DNA of 64,000 nt, taken from contig OX597820.1 of assembly GCA_951406725.2 (NCBI GenBank), forward strand, positions 30,938,001-31,002,000. Direction: 5' to 3'. The notes under the pieces were generated by a model, which saw nothing but the letters and a program-made list of their open reading frames with translations, was not told where the DNA came from and ran no database searches. The position numbers and the translations under genes are program-made. How positions within the stretch are numbered: the stretch's first letter is position 1; each line of letters starts with the position of its first letter. The stretch is from Octopus vulgaris (taxonomy: Eukaryota). Positions 11,804 to 24,100 of this stretch are shown here, piece by piece.

Positions 11804-14800
11804 CCACCCTCCCTCATAATTTTTATGTCCACTTTTCTATGCTTGCACCTAATTATTCTTTAATCATTTCCTCTCTAACATTTTCTGTTGCCAGACTTCT
11901 TGTTGCTGGACGTGTTGTGAGAATTTTCCGTATTTTGAGGATTCTTTACTTCATGTATATTCAGCATCGACATTTGACATCTGCCTCTCGTAAAATAGTC
12001 TCACAAAACAAACGCCGTTACCAGAGAGATGGTTTTGATTTGGATCTTTGTTACATCACAGGTAATGCTGATTAAATTTAAATCTTTACCACAACACAGT
12101 TAAACCTAATTAAATTTACATTCTACATTATAGATAAGGCAAATTAAAGTTAGGCCTTTGCTACAACACAGGTAAAACTAATTAAATTACACTCTATATG
12201 ACAGGTAAAGCTGATTAAATTTAGGTCTTTGTTCCTTTATAGGTATTTACAACAATCAAATAATTTGTAGTTTTTTTTTTTTTTTACTTGTTTAAATTAT
12301 TTAAAAGTCTGTAAGGTTCTTTGAAAATTAATCAGCTCTCTTTTGATTTATTGGGCATTTTAGAATTTAAAATGCCATTAAATTTAACTGAGATCTTCTG
12401 AATTTACAGAGGTCATTTTAAGTTTTGGGGCCTCTTAAAACTGTTTTCGGCCCTTAGATTTAATGGATCTCTCTTTTTTATCTTATGTTTTGAATTAGCA
12501 AAATCATAGGTGCTCCCAAAACATATTGACCCAGGGCCCCCACTAGGTCTATGTCTGGCTCTGAGTTCCAGGTCATGGTGTTAGAATATGTGACATATCA
12601 AGCCTACCACCCAAGAACAGGCACAATTCATTCAACAGGCTGTATAATTTAACATAACATAACAATCAATGAAGACAGAGAGCTTCCTACAAGGTGAATT
12701 TTATTTATTTATGCACCCTTTTCAAGCCTAGCCAGGCTCATGGGCCTGGTTTTCCGGTTTCTGTGGCGTATGTGTTCCCCCCAGCTGGACGGAATGCCAG
12801 TCCATCGCAGTAAGAAAAGGGTCCAAGGCTGAAACATGTCAAATGCTCGTGGGTGCAAATGAATCAGGTGTCATCTAATAAGGAAATAATATAATTATAT
12901 TAGAATACATTAGAACAATCAAATATAGCAAAGGTAGTAGAAAATAGAGAGAGAAAGGGCCTGAGAAGTGAAGTCATATACTGCATTATTATAACCCTAT
13001 GTAATAGGCCTGAAAATAGGGACAGAGATGAGGTCATACACTGTGTTATTATTGCCTAACATTATAAGTTTGAGTCAGTTATGGAGGGTGCTTAAAGCTG
13101 CAAATTATGGCTGCTAAGTGATTTTCACCATTTGGCTGATGCCAGCGCCGCCTTGACTGGCGTTCGTGCCGGTGGCATGTAAAAAGCGCCAACTGATCAT
13201 GGATGTTGCCAGCCTCCTCTGGCCCCTGTGCCGGTGACACATAAAAAGCATCCACTACACTCACGGAGTGGTTGGCATTAGGAAGGGCATCAAGCTGTAG
13301 AAACACTGCCAGATCAGACTGGAGCCTGGTGCAGCCTCCTGGCTTCCCAGACCCCGATCGAACTGTCCAACCTATGCTAGCATGGAAAATGGACATTAAA
13401 CGATGATGATGAATTTGAGGGGCAGAACAGCTGTAAAATACAGTAAATGTAATATTGTTGATATAGAACCTAGGGGAAGGGTAGTGGGTTGTTGTTAGAA
13501 ACTAGGGACTGTATATTTACATAACTGGTTTAAAGTATGCAAATACACGATGAAGTGTAAATTGTATGATACCATGAAGTTAGACACTGTAATAAGTTTT
13601 ATTATAATAGATTACACAATGATGATGTAATCTGATACAATCCGCCTTTCAATAATGCAAAAGCTACCAATATCTATTATAAACTGTTCCATATATTAGA
13701 AAAGAAATTTCCCTTCTAATTGGTACAACCATATATTCTCCAGAAGAAGAATTAGTTTCATACTCTAACCCTCCCTAATCTAGGTACTATAACGGTGGGT
13801 TTAAATAACTGGAAATTTACACTAGCTCGTAATATTAGACTAATAGTGGAACATGGAAATGCGATGGACTAGCAAAAATACTACTACTTCAAATAGTCAC
13901 ACTTATAGCACCAGTGGTAGAAATGAGGTTAGATGTAATACTAGTAGTGGAAAGTAGACTGTTTCGACCTACAAGCTACAACAAAATAGTGTTACCATGC
14001 TCAAGCACACATACGAATGAGGATCATGGTTTAAATACAGCTGATTTGACCATTGGCCTTCCTATGCCTGACCTTATACTACCAACAGATGCAATGCCAG
14101 ATAGTAAAAGCACTCTAATATAGGTTACGAAACATACAAATGTTGCTTATTTTGAAAGAGTGAATCATGAGAATAATATAGGACGTGATTCACTAACAGA
14201 TATTACTACCACCCTTGATCTGAATGAGACTTATGTACACCATGATTTGTTGCTATGTAATAACCTTGGTATCAATCCTCTGAATTATTTAGTGTCTCCT
14301 AATTTGCCCTCTAACTGCAATAATGGCTGTAGTAATTTTAGGAATAACATTTCCTATAATAGTAATCATAACAGGGTAGTTGATGACCTTGGCATAGGTA
14401 GTAATAATAATGGCACGAGGAAGGGAAAAAAAAACAACAATAACATCATCATCTTCATCATCACCGTTTAATGCTGACATGGGCTGGATGGTTTGACTGA
14501 GGACTGGCAAGCCAGGAGGTGACACCAGGCGCCAATCTGATCTGGCAAGGTTTCTACAGCTGGATGCCCTTTCTAATGGTGTAGTTGTATGTACTGTGAA
14601 AGTCTCAGCTATGTATATGAGTGCGCAATTAAGTGGAAGTAGATGCGTATGTGGACATGCTTATGAGAGTGTATTGATATGATTAAATGTATGTGTATGT
14701 ATATACGCATTTAGATATATACACATAGATATATGTACATGTGATTATTATTGTCTGCATAAGTATGGATACATGTATGTGTGTATATGGGCATAAGTAG

Positions 14801-16023
14801 AGTTATTTATTTATATGTCTGTGTGGGTGTCTTCTACAGCTGTAGGCATGATGTAACACTTCTGCTCATCAATAAAAAAAACACATCCGAAAAAGCTGTA
14901 GTAAACTACAATCCATCTGTTGTTATTTGTTTATCCTTCATGTCACTCAGAACCTGCAATTTGTTTGAATCTAAAGTCTATAGACAGCAGTGCAATAGGT
15001 GCAGCGAGTTCGCCCATGTGTGACTTTGATGATTCATTGTGTATTCAGTCAGCTATTTGTGAATGCATGCATGACTAAAGTACAAATTCATGTTTACTTT
15101 AGTAAGTATGTATTTGTCCTTAAATATTGTTTGTACATGATAATGCTCTCACAGACCTGACCTTGTTGCATTCACTATTTAAGTACCTGAGTCTCTTCAA
15201 TCCTGGGAATCTTATATATATTGCATTGGTTCCTGATAAACTCTTGTTTATCCTGTTGTTATCTGCACTCAACATGCATAGTGTATCTACACACTAATGC
15301 CCAGGGATAATACAGGTAACGGATACTGATAGTCATCATCATCATCATCATTTAGCGTCCGCTTTCCATGCTAGCATGGGTTGGACGGGTCAACTGGGGT
15401 CTGTGAAGCTGGAAGGCTTCGTCAGGCCCAGTCAGATCTGGCAGTGTTTCTACGGCTGGATGCCCTTCCTAACGCCAACCACTCCGTGAGTGTAGTGGGT
15501 GTTTTTTACGTGCCACCTGCACAGGTGCCAGACAGAGCTGGCAAACGGCCACGAACGGACGGTGCTTTTACATGTCACCGGCACGGGGGCCAGCTGAGGC
15601 TGGCAACGAACACGAACGGATGGTGCTTTTATGTGCCACCGACACGGGGCCAGACAGAGCTGGCAAACGGCCACGAACGGACGGTGCTTTTACGTGTCAC
15701 CGGCACGGGGGCCAGCCGAGGCTGGCAACGGACACGAATGGATGGTGCTTTTACGTGCCACCGACACGGGGCCATCAGAGCTGGCAAATGGCCACGAATG
15801 GACGGTGCTTTTACGTGTCACCGGCACGGGGGCCAGCCGAGGCTGGCAACGAACACGAACGGATGGTGCTTTTACGTGCTACCGACACGGGGCCAGACAG
15901 AGCTGGCAAACGGCCACGAACGGACGGTGCTTTTACGTGTCACCGGCACGGCGGCCAGCTGAGGCTGGCAACGGACACAAACGGATATTTTATCCCTTAG
16001 TCTGTTACTATAACCACTAACTC

Positions 16024-16057
<34 letters not shown>

Positions 16058-16621
16058 ACAAATAAGAAAATGGAGGAACAGATTCCTTTCAATCATCAAC
16101 TTGCAGATAATACCAATTCATATGGCAGTATATTGGATAACTGATATCCCATAGTGGGTTACACTCATAACCCCTATCTCACTTTGTACTTACATATATA
16201 TATATATAACATAGATGTGCGTATTTTTCCCTTGTTAACAATTAACATGAAAAAAATAGATAAATAGTTACCAGGGTAGCAAAAAAAATCTCACAAGTAA
16301 AAAGGGTGTAACTACTTGTTTTTAAAAGTACAAACCCCGGGTTTACATGAAATATTTTGTATAATATATTTAAATAAATAAATGGAGTTAAACATCTCTT
16401 AAATAACATGTGCGTTTAACTCCATTTATATATGTATATATTCTTTTACTTGTTTGTTGTTTGACTGTGGCCATGCCAGAGCATTGCCTTTAGTCAAACA
16501 AATCGATCTCAGGGCTTATTCTTTTTAAGTCTAGTACTTACTCTATCAGCCTCTTTTGCTGAACTGCTAAGTTACGCGAACATAAACACACTAACATTGG
16601 CTGTCAAGTAGTGGTGGGGGA

Positions 16622-16664
<43 letters not shown>

Positions 16665-16792
16665 CACACAACGGGCTTCTTTCAGTTTCCGTCTACCAAA
16701 TCTGCTCACAAGGCTTTGGTTCACCTGAGGCTATAGTAGGAAACACTTGCCCAAGGTGCCATGCAGTGGGACTGAACCCAGAACCATGTGGT

Positions 16793-16832
<40 letters not shown>

Positions 16833-19069
16833 AAATTGAACAATAAAAATAACAAAACAATAACAGGACATACATAATGGAATGTATTAGCTTGATGCTC
16901 AGTAAAGGGGGGAAAAAATAGTGGGGTTATTTACATTTCAAGCATGGCTGTTTGTCAGAAAGAGGAGAAAAGTCCTGAGAAGGAAAAAAAGTTCAAGAAA
17001 ATTACGTGTGTGGTTACATGACTGAAGTGACTCTCTCTTACACACACACACACACACACATATACAAACATGTATGTATGCAAGTATGTATGTATATATG
17101 CAGGTATATATGAAGGCGGCGAGCTGGCAGACACGTTAGCACGCCGGGCGAAATGCTTAGCGGTATTTCATTTGCCGTTACGTTGTGAGTTCAAATTCCG
17201 CCGAGGTCGACTTTGCCTTTCATCCTTTCGGGGTCGATAAATAAAGTACCAGTTTCGCACTGGGGGTGATATAATCGACTCAATCCCTTCGTCTGTCTTT
17301 GTTTGTCCCCTCTATGTTTAGCCCCTTCTGGGCAGTAAAGAAATATATGTATATACAGGTATGTATGTATGTATGTATAAAGAAAGGTTAGAGATTGGGG
17401 TAATGGTCCTTTGAAAACATCAAAGGACAGTGTTGGATGTATTGCCAAGAGATGTGATGTTTATGTCAAGGGAAGATGGTGGGATGGAGTGAGGCAAGAT
17501 GGGGATTGTTTAAGCTTTTTTTAGTGTCTTAAATATATGTTTGTGATCTTATTTAGTTTCTCCAGTGTTACCATTTTTACCATGAATAATTGAATATTTT
17601 GGTTTGTACTTGGATTTGTTGAGGTCTTAGATATTGTGGAGGTATACGTATATATATTGCTGTTTGTTTTTTAGCCCCAGGTTAGTAGATTGATGATTAA
17701 AGGCATTCCATTCATTATCATCCCATATTTTTGTCTGTGTAGGACTACATTTTCCGGTGTGCTCTTCCATTTTTATACCAGTAACTTATGATTTGAGGGA
17801 AGTTGTTGGCTATTTGTAGCAGGATGGGTGACCATGTAGAGAGTCTTCTATTAGTTCTATGTGTGTGTATATGTTGTCTGTTCTTGTGAATTTCAGTTAT
17901 TGTTTCTCTTTTATCTGTTACCATCTGAGAAGCAAGATATCTATGTCTGCTCTCATCTACATAGGAACTTAAAACATTTAGTGAAGGCATGGTACATATT
18001 GCCAAGTCGTACTTACTTGTGAGAGATGGCAATGCTATCTGATTGGCAGGTTTGATCTATGAGAAGAAAAAACTTTGTTGGTATTGTATGTATAAAACTA
18101 ACAGAAAGAAAAATATTTGATAGAAATTATATATATATGCTGGCAGAAACATTACCATGCCAGACAAAATGCTTAGCAACATTTCTTCCAACTTTACATT
18201 CTGAGCTCAAATGCCACCGAGGTTGATAAAACAAGTACCAGTTGAGCACTACTACTACTACTACTACTGCTGCTGCTTTTTCTTCTGTTTCTTCTTCTTC
18301 TCCTCCTCCTTCTTCTCCTTCTCCTCCTGTTGTTATTATTAATCCTTTTTGCCCCTTGTGGAGCATGAGGCCTCAACAGTTGTTTTCCACTTTTTGCGGT
18401 CATTGGCATGTTTCTTGGCTGCTTCCCAGGTCAGGCCAGTGGTTCTGAGCTTGTCCAAAATGCTCAGCTTCCATGTCTGTTTCAGGCATCCTCGCTATCT
18501 TTTCCCATACAGGTTCCAGTCAAGTGCTTGTCATGTCACATTTGAGGGTTCTTTCCGCAGTGTGTGTCCGATTCATCTCCATTTCCTTCGTCTGATACTT
18601 ATTTTATGAAGCCCAAAAGAATGAAAGGCAAAGATGACCTCAGCAGAATTTGAACCCAGAATGTAAAGACAAACAAACTACTGTTAAGCATTTTGCCCAG
18701 CATACTAATAATTCAGCCAGCTCACCTTATTAATGATAATAATAATAATAATGATGAGTGTTATTAGGAAACACAGATGTAAAACAAAAAGAACGCAATA
18801 AAAAAGTGAATAATTTTAATTATTACTAATTTCTTAATTATTTTTCTTATTTAGAGCGAGTTATTGCCATGTCATTCCCTTCCACTGGTTTAATGGCATT
18901 CTATCGGAACCCTATACATGTAAGTGCTTTTATTTCAACCCTAACTCTAATACTGAATTTTTAAATGTACAACATCTGTTATTGATAATTCTCGATGCTT
19001 CAGATGTGATGTTCTTATTGGAAGATAGCAACAATATATATTATAATATAGAATTAATGATATTTGAAG

Positions 19070-19109
<40 letters not shown>

Positions 19110-21150
19110 TTTATAATATTACCATAAGAACTCAAAATGAAAGCAAAAGTGTGTGTGTTTGAAGCAGCTGTTTTCATGTGTTATTCACAAAGGCTTTTAA
19201 ATGAAAGAACAAAAGGTTAAGTGTTTCCTTCAAGCTTTTATTTCATATTTCAAAAAGTATTCAGACAGTGAATATTCAAAAGATAACCAGGTTCAGTTTA
19301 TGAGCTGATGATTGGAAACGGGCAAGTCCAATTTCTGGAAATTGGAGCCTTTCAGTTATAATGTGTGTTTGTGTGTGTGTGTGTGTCCCCGAGTTTGTAT
19401 GGTTTTGTATAGAAGAATATATTAGTCAATGAAATTCCAACTTTGTCTGATTTTCATGTTTTATTTACAATTTTTACAATTTTACAACTTTACAATAAAC
19501 TAGTACTTTTATGTATTATGCAATCATCAGGTTTATGCAGTGACAATTGTGTTCCACAATTGACAACTGTGTGCGTGTGTGTGTGTGTATATATATATAT
19601 ACACACACACACATACATACACATATTTATTATCATCATTTAATGTCCAATTTCCATGCTTGCATGAATCGAAAGGAGTTTGTTGAAGCAGGTTTTCCAT
19701 GCCTAGATACCCTTCCTGTTACCAGCCCACACCTGTTTCCATGCCCAGACATGTTTTTATTTTAGTAGTTTTGACTAGTGTGGCATTTATGTGTAATAAT
19801 GCCCTCTATAAAATAAAAATGAATGCATTTAAAGGAAAAAAAAATTGATGGATTTTTTTTCTCTTATGAGGTTTTTCGCACTAACTACTTGATAAATTTT
19901 TATAAAGATTTTATCCTATTTTAAAATTATATATATATATATATATATACTATTCTTATACAAGAATGTTGTTGACAGTGACTTCAAAGTTTCAGCCATC
20001 TAAGCCATTGTCAGACTGCCAGTGATGGTTGAAGTCACTGTCAATAACTTTCTTGTATAAGAATGATAAATTTGTACTCCAAAAAAGTATAGAGATACCC
20101 ATCAGATTAATGTAAAATTATTTTTATTATAACTGAACACAAACAAACAATATATATCATCATCATTGTTTAATATCTTCCTTCCATGCTGGCATAGATT
20201 GAACAGATTGACAGGAGCTGGCCAGGTGGGAGCCTGCACCATGCCTCTGTGCCTGTTTTGGCATGGTTTTTATGGGTGGATGCCCTTCCTAACACCAACC
20301 ACTCTATAGAGTGGGCTGAGTGCTTTTTACACGGCACTCACACAGGTGAGGTCAGTTTTGGCTTGGTTTTTACAGCTGGATACCTTTCCAAATGTCAGCC
20401 ATTTTAGAATGTGAACTGGGTGGTTTTTAAAGTAGCACCTGCACTGGCAGACTCACCAAGTGACTTTGCAAGACAAAGAGTCTTTAAAAGGGGATGCAAG
20501 TGTGTATAATATTTAATTCTTTATTGCCCACAAGGGGATAAACATAGAGGGGACAGACAAAGGGACTAAGTCGATTACATCGACCCCAGTGCGTAACTGG
20601 TTCTTATTTAATCGACCCCGAAAGGATAGAAGGCAAAGTCGACCTCGGCAGAATTTGAACTCAGAACGTAGCGGCAGACAAAATACTGCTAAGCATTTTG
20701 CTTCACGTGCTAATGATTCAGCCAGCTCGCCACCTTAATATTGGTGCAGAGGTGGCCTTGTGGTTAAGAAGCTTGCTTTGTAAACTGCTCTTGGGTTCAG
20801 TCCCACTGCATAGCACCTTCTACTATAGTTTCTGACTAACCAAAACCTTGTGAGTTCTACTGTTCTACTCACTTCTGGGAGCCAATCACTCATCACCATA
20901 TGACTTCCAGTGGGCAGTGACACCATTATACCATCATTACTATTAATCATTACTATAGTCGTCATCATCATTATATCATATCTCTGTATAATTCTCTTTG
21001 ATTCCAGGAAGTGGTCAGGTTTTTTGAAACGAAACATAAAGACCATTACAAGATCTACAACTTGTGTAGTAAGTAAACCAGAAAATTTAATATGTCACTT
21101 TTCAGAATGTAAAATACTCACTATACCTTCATGTTCATGCTGGCTTCTAT

Positions 21151-21190
<40 letters not shown>

Positions 21191-24100
21191 TAATAACAAT
21201 AACAATAATAATAATAACAATAATAATAAGACACATAGCCACATGTTTTGTCAGACTCATAGCCACATATTTTGTATGTGCACTGGTTTCATTTATTTTA
21301 CGAAAGATTTTTTTCTTCACAACCCAGTGTCAAATGCAACATGTCATACAATATAGGTGATTTAAAAAAAAAAATATTATATAAAAATTTTAGCTTTGTA
21401 TTTTCCTATGTCACATTGTGAATGTTGTAAAAGCCAGTCATTTTAAAAACTGCTTTGGTGCAATACTCTTTATAAATAGAAGTCTAGTATTCTAACATGA
21501 GTGAAGGTTCATGACTTAGTGGTTAGGGCATTCAGCTTACAATTGTAAGGTTGTGAGCTTGATTCCTAGCAACGAATTGTGTCCTTGAGCAAGACACTTT
21601 ATTCCACCTTGCTCCAGTCTGCTCTGCTGGCAAAAACAAGTAGTACCTGTAATACAAAGGAGCCCATCTTGTCACATTCTGTGTCACGCTGAATTTCCCT
21701 GAGAACTATGTTAAGGGCACATGTGTATGTGGAGTGCTCCACCACCTGTACACTAATTTCAAAAGCTGGCTGTTTTGTTGATCAGGTCAATTCGAACACT
21801 CATTGTCATAACCCAATGGAATGCCAGTTAGAGTTTGATTCTAATATATATTAATCCTCTCCAGATCTTACATTTCCTATTCATTCAACTAATTTTCAGG
21901 TGAACGCGATTATGATGAAAGTCTCTTCCATAACAGAGTTGAACGAATTTGCATCGATGACCACAACGTGCCATCACTGAAGTAAGTTTATATGTTTCCT
22001 TGCTGTATCACATCTTCTAATAGAATCTGCATAATGGTGAGCCAACGAGGGTAGCCTCTATGTAGTCATATGACTAACTAGAAATAGCAGCCCAATTTCC
22101 ATTAATCCTTTTGTGACCATATTTCTTATTTATTTATTGCCCACAAGGGGCTAAACATAGAGGGGACCAACAAGGACAGAAAAAGGTATTTAGTCGATTA
22201 GATCAACCCCAGTGAGTAACTGGTACTTAATTTATCGACCCCAAAAGGATGAAAGGCAAAGCCAACCTCAGTGGAACTTGAACTCAGAACGTAACGGGAG
22301 ATGAAATGCCACTAAGCATTTCACCTGACATGCTAATGTTTCTGCCAGCTAGCCGCCTTGTGACCATATTTCTATTAAAATAAACTACTTTCGCATCAAT
22401 TCATTTTGAAAATGAAGAATTTAGTAAAATAACTTAGTTATTATTCTGGTCTGTAGAACTTAAATTAACAAGAAATTTTGATGGATCACTTTTAAATAAA
22501 AAAATTTCTGTTATAGAACCAGAGGTGGTCTCAGATGAGTTGGTATCAAAAGCGTTAAGTTGCACCATACCATCTTATAAAGAGAAGGATACATCGTCAT
22601 CATCATTGTCATCATTATCATTTAACATCCTTTTTTTCCATGCTGCCATGGGTTGGATGATTTGACAGGAACAGACAAGCCAGATACATCCATAAATAAC
22701 TTCAATATGATGGAACAGCTGATATGTTTTTGAATCCTGAGTTTGCTCAATCAGGGCTTTGGGTTTATGATTCAAAGGTTCAATTCCTAGACCAGGCAGT
22801 ACATTGTACCTTTCAGCAAGGACATTTTATCACATTCCTCCTCTTCACTCAACTGGAGCTAAACAACAACAATGACATGCATTATGGGATACCAGTCATG
22901 AAGGTTTACATGGTCACTTACCTTGTTAGAAAAAGAAGTCAAATCTACCTCAAATTATATCCTACCATCTTAAAAAAATGAAGAAACCTGTTTTATGGTG
23001 TTGTCATAGATATAATATGTCTCAAAATAAAAAGGGATGGTAAATGTGGACAAAAATAGGAAAGTGAATTATAAATAATTGTTGAAGGTATGAGTAGTTA
23101 AAGGTATCAGGCTCATGGTCATAAATTCGTGGGTTCAATTTTGCTCTCTGACAGGTTTATGATTGAGCCTGTGGCAGTGGAGACCTCCAGCATTCTTGGT
23201 TCCCCTGGACCATATCTCTGCTCACCTCTATTGGGGAGAGATGGCTATCCACAGGTGCAAGCCACATGAGTTGGAGTGACTGTTCCAGTGCATCTCCCTC
23301 ACCATCCTCTGGGGCAACACCTTTTCTGTTTTGTCTGCTGGGACTACAAGGTGGTCTGAATTACAGGAAATCGAGAGACTGCCTTGAAGAATTGTGTTTT
23401 AGTGTAGAAATGCGAAAAACATCCCATACACATTACATTTTATTATCCTTCATAAGAATCACACTTAAAATATGATTCTTGGACAAGCTGGTGAATTATA
23501 TTCTTGAATCAAGCCCTTCATTTCACGTTTTTTGTACACTCAACAGAAAAATTAGTCCCAACATTGAGGGCTTACCTAGTGATAGACTGGCATCCCATTC
23601 AGAGAGGGAGAGGTCTTGAAGGGAAAATTTAGCGACTGCTTGATCTTCTATTTCTGCTGAAGATAGACCAGTATATTAGAGCCAGTTTCACCATTAGCCC
23701 TGATTTAATGATTATAAATAACAAATAATCCTTATAGGTGCAGGAGTGGCTGTGTGGTAAGTAGCTTGCTTATGAACCACATGGTTCCGGGTTCAGTCCC
23801 ACTGCGTGACACCTTTGCAAGTGTCTTCTACTATTATAGCCTTGGGCTGACCAAAGCCTTGTGAGTGGATTTGGTAGACGGAAACTGAAAGAAGCCCGTC
23901 GTATATGTGTATACATACATATATATATATGTGTGTGTATGTGTCTGTGTTTGTCCCCCCCCAACATCGCTTGACAACCGATGCTGGTGTGGTTACATCC
24001 CCATAACTTAGTGGTTCAGCAAAAGAGAATGATAGAATAAGTAGTAGGCTCACAAAGAATAAGTCCTGGGGTCGAATTGCTCGACTAAAGGCGGTGCTCC

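Noticed and set aside
15381-16020. Overlapping repetitive ORFs, or a CRISPR-like array
   Set aside because: The units are tandem with no unique spacers, lie in a LINE 3'UTR, and the context is eukaryotic with no cas genes.
20910-21356. 148-aa ORF with poly-Asn
   Set aside because: It is in the wrong frame over VSP exon 6, plus an (AAT)n microsatellite.
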